A stretch of 64,000 nt of DNA from Strigamia acuminata (Eukaryota): positions 4,960,001 through 5,024,000 of the forward strand of contig OX442314.1 in the NCBI GenBank assembly GCA_949358305.1, given 5' to 3'. A program made the translations under genes and the position numbers. The notes beneath the pieces are model-generated. The model saw only the letters and a program-made list of their open reading frames with translations. It was not told the origin of the DNA and did not search any database. This document shows, piece by piece, positions 1 to 12,570 of the stretch. Within the stretch, counting starts at the first letter, position 1, and every line of letters starts with the position of its first letter.

Positions 1-780
1 GGGATATTGATAATTCTCGATTAGTATTGACATTTCTTGTGTTCAATATCGATATTTCTTGTTGTTTTGAATACTGATATTTTCTGTTGTTTTGAATATC
101 GATATTTCCTGTTGTTTTGAATATCGATATTTCCTGTTGTTTTGAATATCGATATTTCCTGTTGTTTTGAATATCGATATTTCCTGTTGTTTTGAATATC
201 GATATTTCCAGTTGTTTTGAATATCGATATTTTCTGTTGTTTTGGCTATCGATATTTCCTGTTGTTTTGAATATCGATGTTTTAGATGAATATCGATATC
301 TTTTCACAGACGAATATCGATATCTTTTCACAGACGAATATCGATATCTTTTCACAGACGAATATCGATATCTTTTCACAGACGAATATCGATATCTTTT
401 TACAGACGAATATCGATATTTTTCAGATATATATCGATATATTTCAAATGAATATTGATATTTTCACAGATAAATATCGATATTTTCACAGATAAATATC
501 GATATTTTTATAGATGAATATGAATATCGATATTTTTACAGATGAACATGAATATCGATATTTTTACAGATGAATATGAATGAAGATATTTTCACTAATA
601 AAAATCGATATTTTTTTTAACACCGAAAAAAATCGATTTTTTTTTTTTAGAATATCAAAAACATCAACATTTTTTATTGAGTATCCATATTTTCACCGAT
701 AATCATTAGACAAATATCGATTTTTCGACCGATAAATATCGATATTTCTCCCAAAATGTCCACATTTTCTAAACAAAATA
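1..780. repeat. Minisatellite, 25-bp then 24-bp units with AATATCGATAT core
   Basis: GAATATCGATATTTCCTGTTGTTTT and GAATATCGATATCTTTTCACAGAC tandem copies. Confidence 0.9.
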
Positions 781-1949
781 TCGACAAAAGTCAAATATTC
801 CCAACTCCACCATCCCATCCATCTATCCCACATCGATTCATCTCTCCTTCCATCCCCTTTTCCAACAAACGACAACTTTCGCCGCTCCATCGAAAATAAT
901 CTCCGCAAGTCTCTTCCTCCACACATCTAATCAAATCCATTCCACTTCCGATGAATGCTCCAAAGGAAGTGTGGCGGCGGACCCCTTCGGCCATCTCAAG
1001 CCGCCCACGCGCCACACTAATGACACCACTCACCTTTAACCATCCCGATAGGGACGCCATTATCGACCGCTCGCGCATGCGCCCCTCCGATAACACCGCG
1101 CCGCGGGAGACAGAAAACCTCGCACAAACCCCGTCGTAAAATCGCGCCTGCGCACATCCTCCGCCACCTGTGAATAAATGCATGAAGCAGCGGGGGACAC
1201 CGACCAATGGTCAGCGATGGTCACTCGATGACCCCCCACATTACTGAACAGAGGGGGACGTTTGTTGACCCCCCCCCCCGCATTGCTGATCAATAATCAG
1301 TGAGACGGAGATGCTCGATGACCCCCCCCCGCGTTGCTGACCAATGGTCAAGGGAGATGTGGGTGGCTAAGAATATTCGGGAACATTCGTTGACCAATGG
1401 TCAGCGATGGGAAGACGCTCGATGACCCCCGCGTTGCTGACCAATGGTCAAGGGGGATGTGGGGGGGCTAAGAATATTCGATTATTGTAGAAAGTCACCT
1501 GCCGTGGAGTGTCCGGTGACCCGCGTTCGGGGGGTCGTTGGAAGACGTTTTGGTGGACGCAGGAGTGGATAATTGGTTATTGCAGCGGGGAATTGAGTTT
1601 GGTAGAATTTTAGTGATTTGTTGGTGTCGGACGGGGGATTCGGGCGGAGGATTCGGGCGGGGAAGCGGCAAGTGGAGTCGGGGGACGTTGGATGTGGGTT
1701 AACGATGCGGAGTTTAGAATGCAGTGTCATTGATGATGATGGAGGAGTTGAGGGAGTTGTTTGGGATGGGGATGGGGATGGGTTTGGGCCATTGTTGGGT
1801 TGCTGGATGGGAAATCGAGTTAGATTGGATGGGATATCGAATGATTGATGGATTTTTTTTAGTTTTTAGGTTGTTTTTTTTTTTAATTTATAAAAAAGAA
1901 TAATTGGTTTATTGAGTGGATCTGGAATTTGCTGGATTTGATGCCGATT

Positions 1950-2660
1950 TGGCTGTTTTTCAGCTGTTTTGCTGTATTTATAGCTGATTTACAAGATTTT
2001 GTGGATTATCAAGCTGATTTTTTTTTAGATTTCTTAGATTTATAAACTGATGTTCCTGATTTTTTGAATTTCCAAGTTGATTTTCCAAATTTCTTGATTT
2101 TACAAGCAAATTTTCGAGATTATCTAGTTTTTAACTGATTTTCAAGATTTCCAAGCTGAGTTTTAAGATTTCCAAGCTGAGTTTTAAGATTTCCAAGCTG
2201 ATTTCTAAGATTTCTTGTGTTTCCTAGCTGATTTCTAAGATTTTCTAGCTGATTTTCAAGATTTCCAAGTTGAGTTTCAAAATTTCCAAGCTGATTTCTA
2301 AGATTTCTTGGATTTCCAAGATAATTTCTAAGATTTCCTAGCTGATTTCTACGATTTCTTCAAATTCCAAGCTGATTTCTAAGATTTCCTAGCTGATTTC
2401 TAAGATTTCTTCGATTTCCAAGCTGAGTTCTAAGATTTCTTGGATTTCCAACCTGATTTCTAAGATTTCTTGGATTTCCAACCTGATTTCTAAGATTTCT
2501 TGGATTTCCAAGCTGTTTTTCAAGATTTCCTGAATTCCAAAGCTGACTTTCAAGAATTTCTGATTTCCAAGATTTTCTCGATTTCCAAACCGGATTCGCT
2601 GAATTTTCTGGATTTTCAGTCAATTTACAAAATCTCTTAAATAACCAAGCTGATTTTCCA
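1950..2660. repeat. Minisatellite, about 21/30-bp units
   Basis: CCAAGCTGATTTCTAAGATTTCTTGGATTT tandem copies. Confidence 0.9.
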
Positions 2661-3439
2661 CACAACTCCATGCTCAGATGCACAGATCCACAGACACCTC
2701 AACAGAGCCGAACTGAATTCAAGTGGATGAAAACTGAACTAATTTGCCAACAACCAGCCCAAAATAAAACTCCCATCATCAAAATTTCCAAATTTTATTC
2801 CTCCTTAAATTCCACATCCACGCTGCCTAAACACCTTTACGAACCCCAAATATAAATATCCAGTCGAGTATCGCGCCATTTTGTTGTCTAACGACCGCCA
2901 TTTTGTGGCGTAATGTGTGCTGCGGCTGCCGGGTTACATTTTTTCGCGTGCCGACCGCGTATTTTATGGCTAAATCAAAGGGTTTTGTGTTATATAACCC
3001 CATCCTTATTCCTCGCCATCGCCGACCCACTTCATCTTGCGCAACGAGCGTTTCTTTTCTTTATTTTTATTTTTATTGCGCCGCGCATTAATACAAAGAT
3101 GAGCGGCGCGAGCTTTTGTTTGGAGTCGAGAGAGGGCGCATTTCGAGTTGCATTTCGGGATTTGATGATTGCGATGAGAAATGAGTGAAATGCGCTTGTG
3201 GGATGTTTGTGTGGAAATAAGCCGCGGACGTTTTTATTTTTATTTTTATCGCGCTGCATCTCGGTTATTAGACATCGTTTCTCTTTTTCGGCTCGGAGAG
3301 ATGGAGAGAGAAAGAGAGAGATAAACCCACTTTGGGGTTTGCGAATGAAATTTAAAAACGAGAGGGGAAATAGAATTAAAAATTAAATTGAAAAATTAAA
3401 TTAAAAATTAGATTATTCGAGAAGTTGGTGGGAGAATCG

Positions 3440-4320
3440 ATTACGGAATATCGATTTTTTTTTAGGCGGGGTGTTTTATTGTTTTTAATCGATTTTTTTC
3501 GATTTTTGTTATCGTTTTTGAATTGTGGGGATTTTTAATCGATTTTAATCGATTTTTGTTATTGTTTTTGAATTGTGGTTTTTTTTATCGTGTTTTCGTT
3601 GTTTTTAATCGATTTTTGTCGATTTTTGTTATTGTTTTTTAATTGTGGGTTTTTTTAGTCATGTTATTTGTTATTTTAAATCGATTTTATTTAATTTTTG
3701 TCATTGTTCTTGAATTATTGGATTTTTTAACTCGATTTTTGTCATAGTTGTCGAATTGTGCGATTTTTTAATCGATTTTTGTGGTCGTTTTTGAATTTGA
3801 GTATTTTTTAATCGATTTAGAATTTTGATTTTTTAAAAACTTGTAAATGTTGGTGTTTCTATCGATTTTAATGGCGATATTTCAATTTATTTTAAATACA
3901 AATCGATTATTCAATTCTATTTAAATTTGAGAAATTTAATTCACATTAAATATCGATATTAAAACCCTTTTAATAATAATAATAATGTTTAAATATCGAT
4001 TTTTTTAAAATAATGTTTAAACATTATTTTTAAAAAAATCGGTATTTAAACCTAAAAAAATCGATATTTAAACATCATTTTAAAAAAATCGAAGTTCAAA
4101 AATTTCCAAACTTACAAATATTTCCAAAATTTTTAAAATTTCCAAAATTTCCAAAATTTCCAAATTCCCAAAATTTCCAAATTTCCAAAATTTCCAAAAT
4201 TTCCAAAATTTCCAAAATTTAAAAAATTTCAAACATTTCAAAAATTTCAAAAATTTCAAAAATTTTCAAAAAATCAAAATTTATTAAATTCCCAAAAAAT
4301 CGATCATTTAGTCAATTCAA
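3440..4320. repeat. Degenerate ATCGAT/T-tract array followed by a 10-bp TTTCCAAAAT array
   Basis: Visible tandem copies at 3440-4100 and 4110-4270. Confidence 0.8.
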
Positions 4321-7146
4321 AATATCGATATAACCAAACACGTAGCACATTTCAATCCCACCGACCCGATCACCCGACCCGACCGAGACTCGTGACTCCT
4401 ACTCGCAACAATAAAAAAATCCAAAAGTAAATTTCACTCCATTCCCTTCCCTTCCCTTCCATTCCTCTCCATTTCATCTCATCTCATTCCATTTCATTAT
4501 TTGCTCTTCCCTCTTATCAGCCGACATTTTTCTTTCTTTTTATTATTACACGAACTAAGAAACAAGTTATTACTCCAATTGATGATTTCTTGATCTCCTG
4601 ATCCGTGAATCTCTCTTTTTTTTCCCTTTCCCTTTTTCAATTTCGCTCCCCCCTGTGGGAAACTCCAACAACTCCAGCGCGCCAGATGTGCATTGGTCGC
4701 CATCTTGCCGCGCCGTTAACCCGAAATTAATTACGAATCATTTCATATCTTTTTCATTTCATTTCATCTCAAAATTTAATATCAAAAGGAAAAAAAAAAA
4801 ACGAATAAAGAAAAATTCTTTTATTTTCAAATTTGCATCTTTAGTACACAAAGAGTTATGAAAATGGCGGCCATTTTTCACGGCGTCGGCCAAATGCACT
4901 TTTCATTGAGCATTTGGCTAAATGGAGCGTTAAGAAGAAGAGAGATAGCGGGCGAGACGAAAAAATGTCGGGGAAATTGAAAAAGCAAATTGCCATTTCT
5001 CCATTTCCAACCTCATTTCGCCGCATCAAACATGGCGGCGAAAATAGCCGACGGTGCGCCACCGAGCGTTGATATCGCCAACCCTACACGCATGATTTAA
5101 CACTGAGATGACGTCACGATTCATCGACTCGCCAAAGCGACGGTGCATGAAGTTATTCGCTCGTGTTCATTAGTGTTAATGTCGAATTGAATCACGGGTC
5201 GCCGAATTGCGAGATAAAATAAATAAAAAAAAATAAAAGAAGAAAAAACGTTAATTTGTTTTAAAAAGATGTCAAAAGTTTTAATCGAAGTTCGGTGGAG
5301 CAGTTTATTGAATGTCAACTCGAATGGTTGAATCCGTTCCTAAAATAATCGATGAATAAAACGAAATCCTAGTGGTAAGATTCAAACTAAAGTGTTACAT
5401 CTACTATCATGCTTCGGAGCATGCGCAGAATGCATCTAAACGCCTTTATTACATTCTACGCATGCCCAGAATGTATTTGAACACGATCTACTCGAACTAC
5501 ATCGTCTTTCGTTGTGCACATGCGCAGAACGTGAACACGTAAGAAAATGGCGGAGTCGCGATCACGGTTGGCCGATTCGCGGCATAAATCCTCGCGATTT
5601 ACGAGGATAATTTGATTTGCGAGACGATTTATGCAGCGGGGAATTAATTTGATCGTGCGCCGAGTCGACGTGGACCAATTTATAATGGCGACGAGCAGTT
5701 AAAATTAAGGTAAGCTCGATTTTCTTTCCTCCATTTTTTTTTTACTCACTAGAGAGTGGTATGTCGCGGGATTAATGTAATCCCTACACTACATCAATTA
5801 TCCCGTGATTCATTGCGACTCGTGTTTAATTTTTGAAAAGTGATTGGTAATTTCGTCACTGCGGGTCGCCGCGGTGAAATGAGTGGCTGTGATTGGTTGA
5901 TTTTTTTTTTAGAGTTTTGGGTGTTTTATTTAGATTGAGTGGTCAGTGAGTTTGTGTATGCACATGCGCAATGAGGTTTGGTAGAAGGTGGGAGTTTTGG
6001 CGCCGGTCGGATGCGCATGCGTGGTGTGTGCAGAGCCCATTGTATTTGGTCGTAAAGTGCAAATGTCTCGTTTTATCATGGCTTAGCCAGCGTCCTCTGC
6101 TTCGTGTTTAAGGGTCTGGTAAATTTCCTTATTTAAAGCTCTGTTTTTCCTCTTTTATGGCGCTCAAAATGGCTGCCATTTATTTCGCCGTTATTCAACT
6201 AGCTCAACCTGAATGAATGGAAAATGAAAAAAGAAAAATGGAAAAAACAACAACAAAAAAAAAACAATATGGCTGCGTTGATGAATATGAACCGGAAGTA
6301 GAATTCTGAGGGGTTTTTTTTGCTTTTTAAAACCGGAAGTGGAAATCTGAGGGGTTTTTTTGTTTTTTAAAACCGGAAGTTGAGATTTATTTTTGAAATT
6401 GAAACCGGAAATGAATTTATTTTTCGATTTCTGAATAGACACAGCGGAAGTGAACGTCCATTTTGAATTTTAATTTATGAATTTTGAATTTTAATTGAAA
6501 ACCGGAAATAAACGTCCATTTTGCATTTAAATCTCGAACCGGACATTGAGCTCAATCCACCTCTTAAAAACCGGAAATGGACCCAAATTTTTCAATTTAA
6601 ACCGAAAAACCGGATGTGGAGCTAAATTTTTCAATTTTAATTGAAAAACCGGAAATAAACCTCCATTTTGAAAAAAAATCATTTTGACAAAACCGGAAAT
6701 CGATTCCGAATCCAAAACCGGAAACGACACCTCGAACCAAACCCTAATCGAAAACCGGAAGTAAAAAAAATCAATATTTTGACGCAACCAAAACCGCCAT
6801 TTAAAAAAAAAAATTATTTTAATTCAAAACAAAAATAAAGTGACGAGCGAAAGAACGAAACAGTAAACAAACGCTGGCGCACGATAACGAGGCTGGTCCC
6901 TAATTAGGAGCAGCGAGTCGCGCTTAAAACCAACTTGATCTCGGTTTGTTGACACCAGGTGAGATGAAGTGCCGCGCCTCGACCTCATTCCGTTTGCCGC
7001 GCTCAGCAAATCCCTCGGCCGCCTCGCGCCGCCTCGCGCCGCCACTTGTTTACTCGACCGGTTTTAAACCCGAAGAGGCTATCTCTTAATCCCTCGCATT
7101 TTAATGGGGTTAAACGGCCCGATCCCAACCAAATCTCCTTCCGCTC

Positions 7147-7162
7147 CGTTGCCATGGCAACG
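7147..7162. promoter_or_regulatory. Perfect palindromic RFX X-box
   Basis: CGTTGCCATGGCAACG; nearby GTCACGTG E-box (about 7231) and CCAATCAG (about 7250); second X-box-like GCAGCCATGGCAAC at about 8201. Confidence 0.55.
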
Positions 7163-7299
7163 CAGCCACCCAAAAAATACCGAAAAATAAACTTCTCTTT
7201 TTTTTCCAACTTGGATTAATAAACTTGTCGGTCACGTGAGCTCTTCCATCCAATCAGATCTGTTTAGAGATTGACAGCCGACACAACAAAATAAGGTTC

Positions 7300-8120
7300 T
7301 AATCACCCATCCACGAGCCTCATTGACTCCATCCAGGGGCCCCAATCAACTATGTATGTGCCTTAATCATCTATCCATGAGCCCCAATCATCCATTCACA
7401 CATGAGCCCGATCTATCCATCCATCCATGGGCCCCAATCATTCATCCATCCATGGGCCCCAATCATTCATCCATCCATGGGCCCCATCCATCCATCCATC
7501 CATGGGCCCCAATCATCTTTCCACCTATGGGCCCCATCCATCCATGGGCCCCAATTATCTTTCCACCTATGGGCCCCATCCATCCATGGGCCTCAATCAT
7601 TCATCCATCCATACATCCATGGACCCAAATCATTTTTCCACCTATGGGCCCCATCCATCCTTTGGCCCCAATCATATATTTATCCAAGGGCCCCAGTCAT
7701 CCATTCTTCCACGGAGTCCAAAGGTCCATCCGTGGGCCCCATCCATCCATCCATGGGCCCCAATCAATCATTCATCCATGGGCCCCAATCAATCATTCAT
7801 CCGTGGGCCCTATTTATCCATACATTTATGGGCCTCAATAATCTTCTCACCTATGGGCCCCATCCATCTGTGGGCCTCAATCATATATCCATCCAAGTGT
7901 CCCAATCATCCATCTATCCATGGGCCCCAATCATATATCCATCCAAGTATCCCAATCATCTTCTCACCTAAGGGCCCCATCCATCCATGGGCCCCAATCA
8001 TACTGTATATCCATCCAAATGCCCCAATCATATATCCATCCAAGTGCCCCAATCATCCATCTATCCATGGGCCCCAATCATATATTTATTCTTGGGCCCC
8101 AATCATATATCCATCCAAGT
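7300..8120. repeat. CATCCATGGGCCCCAAT degenerate tandem array
   Basis: GGGCCC-core repeat; similar GGGCCC-rich arrays at 18400-18590, 53606-54290 and 56180-57150. Confidence 0.85.
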
Positions 8121-8849
8121 GCCGACCGGACGGACCAGGCGGTCGCAGGAATTGTTGAAACACGGAGCGATAAGTCAAACGCTCCCCTTTATTGTGCAGC
8201 GCAGCCATGGCAACGCGGCAGCTGCGAATTACACGCCGAGCAAGTGACGAGGAGGACCCGGATTAGGAACGGCAACAAAACACGTGTTTAAAGCCGCGCC
8301 GGGTTTTAATTTGAGCCGATGGCCGCGCGCGCCAATATCCTGGTCCAGCCCACTCGGGTGACCCCTCGGCCATCTCTGGGGCTCGTAAATGGCGTCTAAC
8401 GACGGAATTTGCCTCGAATTAAGCCGTTAAGGCGCGAGGCTCTTGGGGGGGACGGGGGGCTGCCGATGGGTCCTGGACCGCCGATCGAAGTGGAGGCCGA
8501 CAGAATTCCATCGGCGTCTTCTTTTTATTCGTCTTGGAGATTGTGGTCTCCGAGCCCATTTGGATCCGCATCAGTTGGGAGGGCTGCGCGTCGATCTTCG
8601 GTCGAGCTTCACTGCATTTCACCGATGTGATGTGGGGATGCGGTGAGTACAAATCGCGTGCTTTTTTAATATTGTTTTTTTTTTTTTTTTTTTTTTTTTT
8701 TTTGGTTTGTTTTTTGTTTGTTTCGGGGTCGGATTGAGGGGGCGAGGGGGCAAAGGCCCCCTGGTTCTAAGGGATACACGTGCGAAATGTGATTTTTCAG
8801 ATAAAAATGAATGAAAATGATAAAAATGGATGAACGGTTTTGTCTAGAG

Positions 8850-9840
8850 ATCTGCACTTTTTTTCTAATAATCTGAACTTTTCTGTCTAAAAATGAACTT
8901 TTTTGTCTAAACATGCACTTTTTTTTGTCGAAAATGCACTTTTTTGTCGAAAATGCACTTTATTGTTTAAAAATACACTTTTTTTGTCGAAAAATGCACT
9001 TTTTTTGTCTAAAAATGCACTTTATTGTTTAAAAATGCACTTTTTGTCTAAAAATGCACTTTTTGTCTAAAAATGCACTTTTTTGACTATAAATGCACAC
9101 TTTTGACTAGAAATGCACTTTTACACTAGAACATGAATTGCTTACACGTTTGCTCTTTTTTCACATGAAAATTGCATTATTCGCACATCTGTCTGTTTGC
9201 TTGCTTTCGCGTCAGGTTGAGTTAGCCGTGAATCTGATTACATTTTTATAGTGGGAGGAAGGTGTAAGTTGAAACAAGAGGTGATTTGTTGCATCTGTGC
9301 AGTGTGCTTGTAATTTAGTGTTTGGTCTATATTCTTGTGCAAGGTCATCTATTTGCACTTGACGTTTTGCTTAAAAATGTGCTTTTTGTTTGTCAAAAAT
9401 GACGATTTTGGTTTAAAAATGACAATATTTGGTCTAAAATTGACGATTATTGGTCTAAAATTGACGATTTTTGGTTTATAAATGACAATTTTTGGTCTAA
9501 AATGACGATTTTTGGTCTAAAATGACTATTTTGGTCTAAAATGACTATTTTGGTTTAAAAATGACAATATTTGGTCTTAAAATGATTTTTGGTTTAAAAT
9601 TAACGATTTTTGGTCTAAAATTAACGATTTTTGGTCTAAAAATGACAATTTTTGGTTTAAAAACGACAATTTTTGGTCTAAAAACGACGATTTTTGGTCT
9701 AAAAACGACGATTTTTGGTCTAAAAACGACGATTTTTGGTCTAAAAACGACGATTTTTGGTCTAAAAACGACGATTTTTGGTCTAAAAACGACGATTTTT
9801 GGTCTAAAAACGACGATTTTTGGTCTAAAAACGAAGATTT
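8850..9840. repeat. Two minisatellites of about 21 bp
   Basis: AAAAATGCACTTTTTGTCTA-type (8850-9130) and TTTTTGGTCTAAAAACGACGA (9400-9840). Confidence 0.9.
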
Positions 9841-10430
9841 TTGAAATTTTTGAAAAGACTAGTTTTCGTCTAAATTATTTGGGGGTAGCCAGTTTTGCAG
9901 TGACCCCCGTCCAGACGTGTCCCCGCTGTGGCAAAATCGAAGGCACGTGCTTGTAATTTGAGAAATTTTATTTCACTCGGCCGTGCATCAGCAAATTGAA
10001 ATTGAGCCGTATCAAAGTGAACCGGCAGTGTACATCCGGGCATTCGCCGCCACGACAAGTCCCCATTGCCAATTTGTAATTGGTTTGCATCTACGAGGAA
10101 GGAGCCGCAGTCGCCCGCGCTGCCAAAAGATTGGAATTCTGTCCAGAGGTAGACGGACGGCGGAACTTTAAAATGGTCGAAATTGTGTAAAATGTGCGTG
10201 TTATTCTGAAGGGTTAAGCCAGTGATTAGTTTTGTAATGGATGTTGCGCTGTCAAGTTCACGGAGGAAAATTCTGGATCTCATCAGATGTTTAGAATGAT
10301 TGCACGCTCCGGCTTGGAAAGCCGTAACTAACCTGGTGCAGGCCGTAAACAAATCACCACAAACAACAACTAATGGGCTTCAAACTATATTTCAACATTA
10401 TTTCCACGTTATTTCAACGTTACAGTAGAG

Positions 10431-10656
10431 CAGGGGTTCTCAAACTTTTTAGCATTGCGCAATCTTCCAAAATGAACTACCGTATATCTTCGAATTGTCA
10501 ACGGGCCTCTAATAGCGCGCGGACCTCCAATTGCGCGCGGGGCATTTTTTTTTTGCTTATACGAAGTGGGACGAAGTGGTTTAACACTGTTGCGCCCCAC
10601 CAAAAATCAGCTTGCGGCCCACCAGTGAGGGCCGCCGCATAGTTTGAGAAACACTG
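10431..10656. mobile_element. hAT-type MITE (226 bp)
   Basis: TIRs CAGGGGTTCTCAAACT / AGTTTGAGAAACACTG; perfect 8-bp TSD CAGTAGAG (10423-10430, 10657-10664). Confidence 0.9.
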
Positions 10657-10689
10657 CAGTAGAGCATGGGTTATCACCGAACAGTGGTG

Positions 10690-11225
10690 ATCGATTTTTA
10701 ACGATTTTTTAATTGATTTCTAATGGATTCGTATCAGATCGATTATTATCGACTTTTAAATCGTTTTTTATTGACTTTTAATCGAGTTTTATTGATTTTT
10801 AATCGATTTGTATTGACTTTTAATCGATTTGTATTGACTTTTTATTGATTTGTATTGACTTTTAATCGATTTTAATCGACTTTTAATCGATTTTAATCGA
10901 CTTTTAATTGATTTTAATCGATTTTAATCGATTTTAATCGACTTTTAATCGATTTTTATTAACTTTTAATCGATTTTTATTAACTTTTAATCGATTTTAA
11001 TCGGCTTTTAATCAGTTTTTTTATTTACTTTAAATCGATTTTTATTGACTTTTTAATGGACGTTTTGATCGATTTTTATCAATTTTTTAATCGATTTTTA
11101 TCGATTTTTTAATCGATTTTTATCGATTTTTATCGATTTTTAAATCAATTTTTTAATCGATTTTTTAATCGATTTTTATCGATTTTTTAATCGATTTTTA
11201 ACAGATTTGTATCGATTTTTAATTT
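10690..11225. repeat. 10-11-bp TTTTAATCGA array
   Basis: Tandem copies; bounded by AGCATGGGTT (10663) and CAACTCCATGCT (11233-11244). Confidence 0.9.
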
Positions 11226-11282
11226 TCATATCCAACTCCATGCTAAAAAGAATGGAATATTGGTCAATGTCATAAGTGTAAC

Positions 11283-11967
11283 CTAGGACGATTTACCACA
11301 GGACTTCACAACTGTCACAATTCCATTGTTAGACTGTAATGCGATTCTGTCTTGTGACTGTCTTTGATCGTGACGCCATCCACAGCCAAAAATACACAAA
11401 ATGACGTCATTTTGCGGGCAAATGGCGGCGGCATTGTTAGTTGATGACTGTAGATAAAAAACATCTGACGCCTACGGTGTTACGGATTTTGTGTTGCCCA
11501 CGATATTACGGATTTTAAATACTTTTTTAAGTATTAAAAACAAAAATAACATCGATTTGAATTTTAGGTATAAAACATGTCTTATATGTGGAAATTATTT
11601 TTTTAAAACTTATTCATTTTATAGAGTCAAAATGGTTAATCATCACTGCTCATACAAAAACTGTAATAGTGATTCAAGATATAAAGATAAGAAACATATG
11701 AAAGGTGTACTCTTTCTTCATTGTCAGCAAAAATAGCTGCTTCTAAATTGTATAAAAATGTAATGTATTTTCATTTTTCAAATTGCGTCACTGTTTACCT
11801 TCCAAATCCTTTGCATCGCCGCCAGAGCCCGTCTGTGTAGCCGCCGCCATTTGCCTGCAAAAAGTTTGAGCATTGTTGGGACAGATGGCGTTTACTTCGT
11901 TTTTGTGCGGGACAGTTTAAACTTCAAAAAAATGGCGGATGTGAAGTCCTATAGCTAATCGTCCTAG
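11283..11967 (+). mobile_element. Non-autonomous P-superfamily (Galileo-like) DNA transposon with THAP remnant
   Basis: About 28-bp imperfect TIRs (CTAGGACGATTTACCACAGGACTTCACA / TGTGAAGTCCTATAGCTAATCGTCCTAG); perfect 7-bp TSD GTGTAAC (11276-11282, 11968-11974); internal inverted GCAAATGGCGGCGGC; truncated THAP-like start MVNHHCSYKNCNSDSRY at 11632. Confidence 0.75.
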
Positions 11968-12199
11968 GTGTAACAAAATAAATAAATAACCCAGGGTTTT
12001 AGAACACGATTCTACCATTATTTAGCTTCAATTTACTTAAAACAGAATTGAAAAATATTGATTCAATCTTGAGAAATCCGGATTTAAGAAAAGCTTAAAA
12101 AATGCAATAATCAATTGTGCATGCCCAAAACAATAGATCAATGAGGTTAAAGTGATATAAAAAAGATTGGTGGTTGATTGTTTTTTATTTGCAAGCCTT

Positions 12200-12570
12200 T
12201 ATCGATTACAAAAAAAATCGATAAAAAATACATCAGAATCGATTACAAAAAAATCGATAAAAAATACATCAGAATCGATTACAAAAAAATCGATAAAAAT
12301 ACATCAGAATCGATTACAAAAAAATCGATAAAAATACATCAGAATCGATTACAAAAAAATCGATAAAAATATACATTAGAATCGATTACAAAAAAATCGA
12401 TAAAAATACATCAGAATCGATTACAAAAAAATCAATAAATTACATCAGAATCGATTACAAAAAAATCGATAAATTACATCAGAATCGATTACAAAAAAAT
12501 CGATAAAATTACAACAGAATCGATGACAAAAAAAGACAATATAAAAAAATCGATAAACTAATCGATTTTC
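12200..12570. repeat. 34-36-bp ATCGAT-core minisatellite
   Basis: AATCGATTACAAAAAAATCGATAAAAATACATCAG tandem copies. Confidence 0.9.

Noticed and set aside
1..600. CRISPR-like regular repeats, here and in other arrays
   Set aside because: Units are contiguous with no unique spacers, no cas genes are present, and the DNA is eukaryotic.
7323..8291. Overlapping His/Pro-rich ORFs
   Set aside because: Products of the CATCCATGGGCCCC tandem array; open in all three frames, no splice structure.
9870..10352. 160-aa minus-strand ORF
   Set aside because: Non-ATG start, no recognisable domain, no supporting exon structure.
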